Positions 52,201 through 64,000 of a DNA stretch of 64,000 bases are shown in pieces. Numbering within the stretch: the first letter of the stretch is position 1; each line of letters starts with the position of its first letter. Location: the NCBI RefSeq assembly GCF_030144855.1, contig NC_082707.1, positions 177,754,001 to 177,818,000 of the forward strand. The letters run 5' to 3'. Below the pieces are notes generated by a model. It searched no databases, had not been told where the DNA came from, and saw nothing but the letters and a program-made list of their open reading frames with translations. The translations under genes were made by a program, and so were the position numbers. This DNA is from Hypanus sabinus. Its lineage: Eukaryota.

Positions 52201-53262
52201 TTTATTCCTTTCCATAGATGCTGCCTGGTCTGCTAAGTTCCTCCAGCATTTTGTGTGTGCTTGTTAGTAGATGCATTTTAAGGTTGATTTTCAACTGTTA
52301 TTAGAAGGATTGGTTGTAGGAGTTAGAACATTTATCAGTGTATGGGATTTTGGTGAGACTGTGTGTGAAATAAGGATGTACTTGCCATTCAGGGAGTGTA
52401 GTGCAGTGAAGATTCACCTAACTGTTCCAGAGACGGTAGGCTTGGTGCATGAAAAAATGTTGAGTAGACTGGGACTGTATTGTTTAGAGATTAGAAAAAT
52501 GAAAATTGATCACACTGAAATTTAAATTTTTCTTAAAGGGTCACTGTAGGGAGTGCCTTTCCTCTGTCCTAAGGAGTTGAAGACTGGGGAATATTTTGAG
52601 AATTAGGGATCGGTTATTCAAGACTAAGAAGAGAATTTATGCCTGAAGGAATTATTTCCTTGGATTAATTTGAAGTCTTAAATTTGTCTATTATTGAATA
52701 TACTTTATTGAGGTTCTGATCCAGGTTAAAATAATGTGTATACTTAAGTAATCTCCAATTCCAGGATCCACAACCTGGAATTTCACAGCGGTATTCACTG
52801 GATTGTTGTGTTGTATATTAAGCCATGAACTTTAAATCATAAATATTTCTCAAACTCTTGTGGGGTTTTCATTTCATTATTCTTGGAGATTGAGTTTTGC
52901 ACCTCAGTGTTGAGGCAGAGTCAAAGATAAGCTGGTTGACTGGTACTGGTATATCTAACTTCTCACTCCTTTTTGTCTGCTGCAAGTTGCGGGCCAGCAT
53001 TCACTTCGGTCAGGTCACCGACCCTGAGTAAAAGTGCAGGGAATTAGTTTGTTTATATTTTCCTTTATTTTGCTTCTTAAATGCTTTTAATTGACAGACT
53101 GTTTATTCATTCCAATAGATGCTGCTGAGTTCCTCCAGCATTTTATGTGTGTTGCTTTGGATTTTTGAAGACTGTTTATGACCTGAACTGTCTGATCCAG
53201 TTAGTTTTTAAGATAATTATTTGTCGCTGTGTTATAATGATTTGCATTATTTTTGGTTGCAG

Positions 53263-53422
53263 ATATGTTCATTTGGTTGATGCAATCCTACTTTCTCACC
53301 CTGATCCCCTACATCTGGGAGCACTCCCTTATGCTGTTGGAAGACTAGGTTTAAACTGCTCAATTTATGCCACTATTCCAGTTTACAAGATGGGGCAGAT
53401 GTTTATGTATGATCTCTATCAA
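53263..53422 (+). CDS. CPSF2: CPSF2 coding exon 2 ([23 protein letters not shown]...MYDLYQ)
   Basis: 160 nt, AG/GT; degenerate metallo-beta-lactamase motif typical of CPSF100. Confidence 0.97.
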
Positions 53423-53691
53423 GTAAGTTTATTGGTAGCAACCTGTCATCTTAAATATATCACTAAGAATGTAACTCATATTAAATATTTCAACCTTAGT
53501 AGCAGCAGCTAGTGATGACTAAATGTAAAGGATTGAGAGTCTTCGAATGGTTTATTGTAAATTATTTTTGAATAAAGTATATTTTGTTAATAAAAAAAGT
53601 ACTAATATAGGTTAATAGATTAATAATGAAACTCAATAGGGTATAATTTCCTACTGTGAAGTTGTAAATCTATGTAATTTCTTTTTACAAG

Positions 53692-53797
53692 TCACGGCAC
53701 AATACCGAAGAGTTCTCCCTATTTACTTTGGATGATGTGGATGCAGCATTTGACAAGATTCAGCAACTGAAATACTCTCAGATTGTCAACTTAAAAG
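53692..53797 (+). CDS. CPSF2: CPSF2 coding exon 3 ([35 protein letters not shown])
   Basis: 106 nt, AG/GT. Confidence 0.96.
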
Positions 53798-54276
53798 GTG
53801 CGATCTCAAGAACTGCAGAATGACCCTCGTACAATTTATTAAGATGAAGCAAATGATGGAATTTTTGATGGATATAATAAAATGGCATCAAGTTAGATTT
53901 ATGACTCCAAGTCATCTGTAACAGATCTTAAATCTCAAATGAATTGATTGGAGATGTATCTTATGAAGACAGTTTCCTTCATCTGAAAATTTGCATGTAT
54001 GTCATTCTTTAAGCAAACTTGATGTACCAAAGAATTTTATAGTTAATGAATTAAATCAGAATTGCAGTTACTGTAGTAATCTAGAAATCTTTGGAGATCT
54101 GGGTGGAAGAAGCTGTATGTTATTAATGCAAAATATCTGTTTCTCTGAGCCTTGTCTTTTGAGTTTGGAGTATCTTGGTGTAATGCATTTAGTCATGTGA
54201 CCAACACGACTGCAACAAATTATGAATTGAATGTATCTAAGATATAGTGAGCTACTTATTCGCACTTAATCATTGA

Positions 54277-54435
<159 letters not shown>

Positions 54436-54668
54436 TGAGTAACACTTAAAAATTCATCTTTACTTGATTATGTAAAATGCGTAGAGCATCATTTAAATAT
54501 TAAGTCATCTCTAGATATAAATATACAGTAGCTATTTGTAGGGAAATGTATTTTTAATATTAAATAATTGTTGTTCAAGTTCCTACATTTGGATCCCTAG
54601 TAAGATCAGTTTCAAAACTGATTTTTGTAGGTTGAGCTTCTGAGTTAATTATCTATTTTACTTCTTAG

Positions 54669-54784
54669 CCATCTGAATGGATGTTCACTGGAAATGATTA
54701 GCCGGCCTTCAGTACTCATCACAGATTCTTTCAATGCCACCTATGTTCAACCTCGAAGGAAACAACGTGATGAACAATTGCTTA
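54669..54784 (+). CDS. CPSF2: CPSF2 coding exon 5 ([38 protein letters not shown])
   Basis: 116 nt, AG/GT. Confidence 0.97.
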
Positions 54785-56674
54785 GTATGTACTTTTTAAC
54801 AATGTATAATATCAAAATCAGAATTGGAGGGACTTTACCAAAACCAGTGCAGTTGTCATATTCAAATTGCAGTTAGTCTGTTTTAGAACAATTTCCATAT
54901 TTCTTTGCTTTTAAATTAAAATTTGGAGGCTAATAAGGGAATATTGTTAAGCTTTACATTTTCACCCACTTCTGTATTTCTGAATCATTATTCTGTTAAT
55001 ATTCACAGTGAAGAAACTGTTGATTTGCATCAAAGCTTGTTTCTTTAACCATAAAACTGATGATCTTGCAATGTATGCCAGCCATCCTTGATCTATACTC
55101 CAGTAAAACGTAGTACTATTGTTCAGAAATTGTGAATCCAATAACCCTTACTTGCTAGTTGTTATTCTAGCTAAGTAGTTACACGAGCTTTTTTTCCAGA
55201 GTAAAACAAGGAAGAGGAACTTCTAAGGAATGGGATAATTTCTTTGAATTTGACAGAATTCTAATTATCCTTGTATTCATTGCTATTTTTGGCAATCTTC
55301 GAAGTAGCTACACTGGCTCATTAGTATTGGTCTTTAATTAAAACCCATACCCTGATTTGATTTTACCATTGCTTTCATTATTGGCACTGTTGCATTTCAC
55401 TTTATACTTCGTAGTAACCAGTAATAGTTTTACTGGATTGAACTATTGAACTAAATGTTTAAAGTATGGTAATGTTCTGATAGTCCAGAAGCCTAGGGAT
55501 TCTGTTAGTGCAGGACTAAGGGATTTTCTGGACTGTTGCTTGTTATTTCTATTAATATCCTTAACAACTTGTGAACTTTTTTTTTACATATTGCATAGTA
55601 ATATGTACTGCAGTGAACCTGCTGAGTTTCAGGTTTAAGTGAAACTGAGCCATAATGAGTTGAAAGAGAGTAGGCAATAGAACTAGGTGAGTTTCAACCT
55701 GTAAGCTATATCAGGTCAAAACAAACTGAAAAGTACAAGCACTCTGGATCCCAGTTTTGACCCCTGCATTCCAGACCCCAGCTCTGACCACACATTTAAA
55801 CCATACTCGACTTGCATTCTGGACACTTGGCACACACTTCTAATTAACGAGTAAGCCAGATGCTAAAACATTGAGATTTCCAAATAATCAGATACTAAAA
55901 GATTGACGTTTTGCTGTAATGAGCCAATCATAATCAATGGCTATGTGCTTATGACAAGTCTAACATTATTGTGCTAAAATTTGGTAGAGGTTATTTTAAA
56001 ACTTCCAAAATTATAGTTTAAACATTCTACCATAATAATATAGAATTCTATTGTGACGAATGCTTACTTTGATTAAAGTCTTGCATTTTGGTACTCCCCT
56101 TTGAAAGTCATGTTCTTTTGCATGGTGATACAAAATAAGCCTGTAGAGATGAAAAACATGTAAATCTTAAATTAGTGAAACATCTTGCAATTTTTTGAAA
56201 GACCATTCCTCTTTTTAAAAATATCCTAATTGGTGGTAGAGAATAAAGAAACTAAGCAGAGTGGCATCAGAAGAGTGGACAGCAAATACAAAGAAAACTA
56301 TGTCATAAAAACACAAAATGCTGACAGAAGTCAGCAGGCCAGACAGCATCTAAGGGAGGAGGTCATGACGACGTTTCAGGCCGAAACCTAGTTCTGTGGA
56401 TTCTTTTAGGGGAAAAAGAGCTTTTTTGGTACTCAATAGAGTTGAAGTACATGGATATGGTCTAAGGCGGATTAAGAATATGCACTTAGCAGAAATGTGA
56501 TTTTTATTTTTGCAAGTTGGTGTGTCAGAACGTATAACAGTATAGCACAGTACAGGCCCTTTGGCCCACAACGCTGTGCTGACCTTTTAACCTACTGCGA
56601 GATCAATCTAATACTTTCCTCCCACATAGCCATCCATTTTTCTTTCATTCAAATACCTATCTTGGAGTCTTTAA

Positions 56675-57034
<360 letters not shown>

Positions 57035-57796
57035 TAAGTTTCAAGCACGATTACATCGAAGGTTATCATATTTTCAGAAAGGGAAGAGTATATGCCATTG
57101 CAACGTTTTATATAAAATTCTTTTTCTCTTTTTACTACTACCTTTCCCAACATCTCAAGTGAGAGAAGTTTATACACCTTAAGCCTCAGAAAAATGAGTG
57201 GTTTGAATTTCAGGACAAAATCATTCAGCTAGCTTTAGTGCAAATCTCTTTGGTGAATAAGATCATTGTACTTCCAGCCAAAAAATAGGCAAAGGAGGAT
57301 TTTGAAATGTCCAGTACATGGTTAGAATGGCTTGATTATAATGGAAGAAAAACAATCAATTATTGTTCATAACTGATGAGATTTTTCTTCCAAGTCTGTT
57401 CCCTTCATCCTTCAAATGGAATTAATATATAAATGTAGAGGAGGTTTTTCTTTGACAACCATGTACAAGTTGATTTAATGCTTGTTACTAAATGCTAACA
57501 AAATACATTTTGCTCTTAGACATCCACTTGTTATTTACTAATTATAAAATGACCAGTTTTGTTTCAATTATGTAACACTTTGCAAATCAGTAACTTTATT
57601 TTGAAATAAAGTCAAAATTTTAACATTTTAAAAAACTTTTTAATGGGAATGTTCACTTGTATGTTTATAAATATTCTAAAATTGAAATTCAATGTAGCTT
57701 CAATGGGTGTTCTTTTAAAAAAACTTTAGTGTAGAGTATGTTGAGTTGGCACTAAGATGCAATAAGAGATTGTCTTAATTATTCCATTAATTTTAG

Positions 57797-58087
57797 GTAG
57801 AATGGATGAGTGACAAGTTAATGAGATGCTTTGAAGACAAGCGAAACAACCCCTTTCAATTTCGACACCTTTCTTTGTGCCACAGTCTTTCGGATTTGGC
57901 TCGAGTGCCTAGTCCAAAAGTGGTGCTTGCTAGTCAGTCCGATATGGAGTGTGGATTTTCACGTGACCTTTTCATACAATGGTGTCAGGATCCAAAGAAT
58001 TCTGTGATTCTCACGTACAGAACATCACCAGGTACACTGGCCAGATATTTGATAGACAATCCTCACACCAAAAAAATGGAAATAGAG
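57797..58087 (+). CDS. CPSF2: CPSF2 coding exon 7 ([22 protein letters not shown]...KMEIE)
   Basis: 291 nt, AG/GT. Confidence 0.97.
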
Positions 58088-58790
58088 GTAAGGCTGCTGA
58101 TTGGAATTAGTGTTGTTATTCTTTTGTTAATGAGAAGTTCTGAATTGTAATATAAGCATTGTAAATGAGTGTAGGCAGTTTAAATTGATAATGAAATATA
58201 ATTTCAATAAAATCAAATACCCCTGGGTCTTGCAAGCATGTGATATCTACCGCCTTAGAGACAGGAATGCAATCAACTCCCAGGCATCCACATTCACAAA
58301 AATAAGTGATAGAATTTTTCTTATATTTCCTCTTCCACAGGAGAAATAACATTTTTTTAAAATTCTGGTTCCACTTGATGGTGGAAATTCACAGGAGGAG
58401 TGTTGCTGTCACAATCTATGTTAGCAAATGATGCCTTGTGGCATCCAGTAAAAGTGTTTTTTATTGCATTAATAATAACTGTATAATTTCATCTTTAAAT
58501 TCTTAAGTACATGTATAATACCTTAAGTACCTTAAGTTATTTAGACACCGTTTGAGAAACTTGCATGATGATATTTGGTATCCAAGTAAGAGCAAATTAA
58601 ATAATATATGTTTAATCAAATTTTGCAGAATTAATTTTCTGTTAAGTTGTTAATATAGCTATAGTTCTTCATAAATAAAACTCCATGTATCTTGCTTGGT
58701 ATATGCTAGAATTTTTTTCTCATAGTTTGAAATAGTTTGCTGTTTTTGTGACATTTTATTCTCTTAACTATCAAAATGTTTTGCTAATAG

Positions 58791-58891
58791 ATTAGACGTC
58801 GTGTAAAATTGGAAGGGAAAGAATTAGAAGAGTATTTGGAGAAAGAAAAGCTCAAGAAAGAGGCAGCTAAAAAACAGGAACAAGAGAAAGA
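58791..58891 (+). CDS. CPSF2: CPSF2 coding exon 8 ([33 protein letters not shown])
   Basis: 101 nt, AG/GT. Confidence 0.96.
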
Positions 58892-59463
58892 GTAAGTGGA
58901 AAGGATCTTTAACCTAATAACATTGTGCTTTAGATTTTTCTCTGCTTTAGTTGAATGTAGTGTCCTGAAAACAGTAATTTGTTCCTGGAACTTGGGTTGA
59001 ATTTTGCTGGAACAGCATTAAAGAGCAACAACAGAGTGGTAATAGGAAGGTGAAAATAACTTGCAACTGAAAACTCGGATCTGGCGGTGGGTTCCAAGTG
59101 TCCAACAGTAGAGCTATCTGACAGACCTGGCTTACAGAATTTGTCACTAAGTCTGGAACTTTTGCTTTTGATAGTAGGGAAGTTCTGGACATTTTTTCAG
59201 TGACAAAATGAGGACATTTTCATTCTATTTCTTCATAAGATAAACACACTTTTCTAATTATAGACATGACTATAGGGTTTTGTTAGAAATAAGATAACTG
59301 CAACAAATTGGGCTAATGCGCATCCATAGTTCAGGTGGATAATTTGTAATTTACAATTTTATTGTCTGATTAAATTTCTCATGTATCATTATAGTTTAAG
59401 CAATGTGTTACATTGCTGCTAACAATTACGTTAATAGAATCTCTGATTGTAATTTCCTTGCAG

Positions 59464-59664
59464 ACGAGATGTTGACTCTAGTGACGAGAGTGACGTTGAA
59501 GAAGACTTGGACCAACCGCTGACTGGAAAAGCCAAACATGATCTCATGATGAAAAGTGAGAGTAGCCGCAAAGGAAGTTTCTTCAAACAAGCTAAAAAAT
59601 CATATCCCATGTTCCCAGCCACAGAAGAGAGAGTGAAGTGGGATGAATATGGAGAAATAATACG
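59464..59664 (+). CDS. CPSF2: CPSF2 coding exon 9 ([10 protein letters not shown]...[22 protein letters not shown])
   Basis: 201 nt, AG/GT. Confidence 0.97.
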
Positions 59665-61859
59665 GTATATCCCATTGATGACATCTCGTGTAACAAACTG
59701 CCCAAGTCAATTCTACCTTTTGTTGAGATTCACAGCTTTGAATGTTCCATCCGTGCTGGGAGATTGTGTTTTATGTTTGCTCTTGAGTGGCTTTATGGAT
59801 GTTATCTCTGGATTTGTGACACTTGTACTGTACAGTCTTTATTTTTGGTGTTTAAAGGATTGTTCCGCCACAACCCTGCTTGGTTCTCTTGCTTTAGCCA
59901 CAGCTTTTTTGGACCTTTAAGGTTTTTTAGACTTTAATTTCGACCTTTAAGATGCATAAAATAAACACCAGTATTTTTCATGTAGTTAGTTAATACTTGC
60001 ACCATAAACTTAGTATTTCACCTTCAAAATGCACAAACTATTCTTCCAGCAGCTCCTAGTGAGGATTTGTCATTCCTCATTATGTTTACAATGCAGCATT
60101 TTACAAATGTCTTTACAGCATCTTTCATGTGAGTTTGTCTGCAGATTCTGTGGGTGGTAATTACTTGAAAACTGTTACTGTGGTATCCTGATCTAACATT
60201 AAGCATTCTAGTCGAAGTAGTAGTATAAAGGACAGTGAGAGCATCTGCTGTTAGGTTGGTATCCAACTCCTGGTGATGGAATTGTTTTATTTTTTTTAAT
60301 GTGTCAGCACTTGAGTCCATTGAGTGGGTAGGACAAACAAACATAAAGCTTTTTACCTATTCATTGGGAGAGAGGAGGCATTTTCTATTGATAAATTAAT
60401 TGAGGAGAAATTTGTATCAAAAGTAGTGTCAGCATTGGGGTTACTTCCTGCTGAGTCTTTGTAGCAAGTTGTGCTGTATATTCAGCAGGATAATGTGTAA
60501 TTTCATTCATAAGCTGGATCAAGTATATTTTATTTAAAGGGATATTTTAAAGTTTACATTGAGTTTAATCATTTAGCTGCCCCATTAGGCCCCAGCTCTC
60601 TAATCCTCCAAACAATACACCCTCCTCCATTTAGCCTGCCTTTTCCCTGGATTGAAAATCTAATAAAATTGGAAATGCTGTCAATCTGAAATAAAAATTA
60701 GGAAAGACCAGAAAAAATTAATAAGTGTAGAAAGAGAAACAGAGTTAACATTTCTAAAGACACTACATTAGTACTGGGAAAGTTAATTTACAGTAGCAAG
60801 GAGGATAGATGAGGAATGGCTGGAACAAAAGGTGCATCTCTAATAGGGGAGTAAGTTAATGTGGCAGTTAGATACACATTGTGCTTCTTTGCCTGTATCA
60901 CGTGTTGTTACTAGCAGGGCTAAGGGACGTTCTGAGCAGGTCATTTTATACTAATGGAGAGGAAATAAAACTGAGCCAACAACTCCTTTGTTCTTGCCAT
61001 GCTAAAGATTTTCTCTTCATTCTACCCTGTTTATCAGTGAACCTCCTATCCCGAATCCCATGATGGGTGGCAGTGAAAGTCATTCTTTGTCACTTGGTGG
61101 ATCATCTTCCACAGAATTCTGTAGTTGATTCTCTTTATCCTTGTAAGCTGCATTGCTCTTCCTATTTCTCCTTCCTCTCCATGCATCCGTTCCTGCGAGC
61201 ACAAAATCACAAATTATATTGTATCAACACACACAAAATGCTGGTGGAACACAGCAGGCCAGGCAGCATCTATAGGGAGAAGCACTGTCGACATTTTGGG
61301 CTGAGACACTTCGCCTATGATTATTTACATGTTGTACTGTCTCTCCTTCACCTTTTTGAACCATGTGAGATCTTTGACAGTCTTTTGGCTTTTTGACCAA
61401 GCCCTTAATTATTTTCTCCTTTGTTTGAGTACGTTGCATTAGACTGTGCTTATATGAATGATGTTATTTTCTTGTCAAAAAATCTATAAATACACGTTTA
61501 ATGTAGGAAGCCCTATAAAAGAAAAAAAGAGAAAATCTTTGCAGGAAACAAATTGTCCATCCCTCCTCCTCGATGATGTATGTGGTGATCTTTTATACAT
61601 GAACTGTTAAACCTTTAACTGTAAATGCACTATGCTGGAAGCCTAATTGATTTGAAAGAGTATTGATATTGCCCAAGGTTATTGATTGAACCTCCTGGAG
61701 TTTCACTTCAACTATAATTTTTCTCATTGTACATCGTTTCTTTCCCTAAAGACATTTTTTGCAACAACTTTTCTTTATTCTATATATCTATACAGATCCA
61801 AAAAATTAACTTCCTTTTTCTGTGGCTTCTTATTTGTGTTAATTGTTGTTTTATTTTAG

Positions 61860-62012
61860 AGCTGAGGACTTTTTAGTTCCAGAGCTGCAGGCAACAGAAG
61901 AAGAAAAAAGCAAACTTGATTCTGGTCTGACTAATGGAGAAGAACCTATGGATCAGGATCTATCTGATGTTCCAACCAAGTGTGTTTCAGCAACAGAAAC
62001 CATAGATATCAG
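61860..62012 (+). CDS. CPSF2: CPSF2 coding exon 10 ([10 protein letters not shown]...[15 protein letters not shown])
   Basis: 153 nt, AG/GT. Confidence 0.97.
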
Positions 62013-62129
62013 GTTTGTGAGGCCCTAATGTTTGAAAGTAATATATTCATTCTGAATTGAAAATCTGATTATTTTTCTCCTAAATTGGAATTGAATGAGT
62101 TCATCAAATAATTTGCTTTCCTCAAACAG

Positions 62130-62355
62130 GGCAAGAGTGACGTATATTGATTACGAAGGACGTTCAGATGGTGACTCTATCAAAAAAATAATTAATCAAA
62201 TGAAACCCCGTCAGTTAATTATTGTTCATGGGCCCCCAGAGTCCAGCCAAGACCTTGCTGAATCATGCAAAGCAATTGGTGGAAAGGACATTAAAGTTTA
62301 TACACCAAAGCTTCAAGAAACAATAGATGCTACAAGTGAAACTCATATTTACCAG
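62130..62355 (+). CDS. CPSF2: CPSF2 coding exon 11 ([21 protein letters not shown]...SETHIYQ); gene continues beyond the window
   Basis: 226 nt, AG/GT; the cumulative 1821 nt form 607 codons in frame. Confidence 0.97.
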
Positions 62356-62409
62356 GTATTGCAACTTGAAGGTTAATGTGTTAGATGGATTGTAATAACT
62401 TACTGTAAG

Positions 62410-62600
62410 CTAGCTAGCGGAGTAGCGGCATCCACACTGGACTTTGGGGGCGAGACTTTCCATGTTCGAATCCAACCGGTTGCTTGCATGCTTTTCCATC
62501 TGCCCTGGGTTCAGCGTTGAGCTAGCATCTCAGCCTCGTAAAACAGACAAATGCTAAAGGTTGCTGCCTGATGCACCAGTGAGGTATGGGAGAATATTAT
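62410..62600 (+). mobile_element. tRNA-headed SINE
   Basis: B box gttcgaatcc near 62464; body gagctagcatctcagcctcgtaaaa shared with 50150-50180. Confidence 0.45.
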
Positions 62601-62785
62601 TATTTAATACATAGGCTTCTTGCCTCGATTTAAAATGATATTTTATGCTAAATAGCAAACTTCAAGATTGATGCTCCGATACATAAGACTTCAATACATA
62701 ATATAGGCATAATTAGTCCTTTGCTGAGATATGTCATAAAGGAAAGTTTTTAGCCTTCATAGGTGGGACAATAGTATATGAAGGT

Positions 62786-64000
62786 AAAAAACACAAAATG
62801 CTGGCAGAACTGAGCAGGCCGGACAGCATCTATGGGAGGAGGTAATAACGATGTTTCGGGCCGAAGCTCTTCATCAGGAGTGAAGTAACATGGGATGGTC
62901 GAGGGGGGAATAAGAAGTGGGGGGAGGAATGATGTAGAGAGCTGGGAAGTGATAGGCTGGAGGGAAATGGGCTGGGGGAAGGTGGAGAATATGGGAAATA
63001 AAAGAGAAAGAAAAGTAGGGCTGGGGGGAGATTATAGTGAGGGGGGAAAAAAGAGAGAGAAAGAGAACCAGACTAAAATTATAGATAGGGATGGGGTAAG
63101 GGGGGGCAGGAGTATCAACGGAGGTCTGTGAGTTGAATGTTCATGCCGGCAGGTAGGAGGCTACCTAGGCGGGAGATAAGGTTATTGCTCCATCGACTTG
63201 CATGTGACCTCATCTTGACGGTGGAGGAGGCCATGGACAGACATGGAGTGGGAGTGGTCTGTGGAATTGAAGTGTGTGGCCACAGGGAGATCCCACCACT
63301 GCTGGAGGACTGAGCGCCGGTGTTCGGCGAAACGGTCTCCCAGTCTGGGGCGGGTCTCCCCAATGTATAAGTGGCCAAGTCTGAAGCACCGGATACAGTA
63401 TATCACCCCAGTTGACTCACAGGTGAAGTGGTGCCTCACGACCGTCTGGGGCCTAGGATGGTGGTGAGGGAAGAAGTGTGGGGGCAGGTGTAGCACTTCT
63501 TCCGTTTGCAGGGATGAGTGCCTGGAGGGCGGTCGGTGGGGAGGGATGTGGGGGGGGGGGGTGATGAATAGACAAGGGAGTCGCGTAGGGAGCGATCCCT
63601 GCGGAAAGCCAAGAGTGGGGGGGAGGGGAAGATGTGGCTGGTGGTCGGATCCCGTAGGAGGTGGCGGAAGTTGCGGAGGATTATATGTTGGATCTGTACG
63701 CTGGTAGGGTGATAGGTGAGGACCAGGGGGATTCTATCCCTGGTGGACTGGTGGGGGGATGGGGTGAGGGCAGAGGTGCATGAAATACGGGAGACGCGAT
63801 GGAGGGCAGAGTTGATAGTGGATGAAGGGAAGCCCCTTTCTTTAAAAAAGGAAGACCTCTCCTTTGTCCTAGAATGAAAGGCCTCATCCTGAGTGCAGCA
63901 GCGGAGGAATTGAGAGAAAGGGATAGCATTTTTGCAGGAGACAGGGTGGGAGGAGGAATAGTCTAGGTAGCTGTGGGAGTCTGTAGGTTTATAGTAGACA
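62786..64000 (-). mobile_element. Penelope-like element, young subfamily, runs off the window end
   Basis: VRHHFTCESTGVIYCIRCFRLGHLYIGETRPRLGDRFAEHRRS GIY-YIG motif; highly similar to 20340-21256; tail has CUGAUGA...GAAA. Confidence 0.88.

Noticed and set aside
53290-53320. Degenerate metal-binding motif SHPDPLH as a sign that CPSF2 is a pseudogene
   Set aside because: CPSF100 normally lacks the full HxHxDH motif, and all 11 exons are in frame.

Overview
This window is vertebrate nuclear DNA, most likely from a cartilaginous fish such as a ray; that assignment is inferred from the repeat repertoire. It carries the conserved ATXN3-NDUFB1-CPSF2 gene cluster. ATXN3 (minus strand) has coding exons 1-6 at 37592..13646, covering most of the Josephin domain, and its remaining exons lie left of the window. 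NDUFB1 (minus strand) has a complete 57-aa CDS in two coding exons. CPSF2 (plus strand) has its first 11 coding exons here (607 codons) and is divergent from NDUFB1 across a CpG-rich promoter. The introns are filled with decayed CR1, RTE, Rex-Babar, BEL/Pao, hAT, Tigger, Penelope-like (PLE) elements and V-SINEs. The main highlights are three. (1) A full-length processed PPID/cyclophilin-40 retrocopy with a poly(A) remnant and a 15-bp target-site duplication (TSD) sits inside a hAT transposase gene, which itself splits a CR1. (2) About a dozen PLE tail copies give a consensus that folds as a minimal type-I hammerhead ribozyme, and several occur as foldback pairs. (3) There is an inverted PLE duplication, a near-consensus CTCF site, and a 39-bp minisatellite in the ATXN3 promoter. 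Exon coordinates were derived by hand from GT/AG sites and reading phase; repeat boundaries are approximate.
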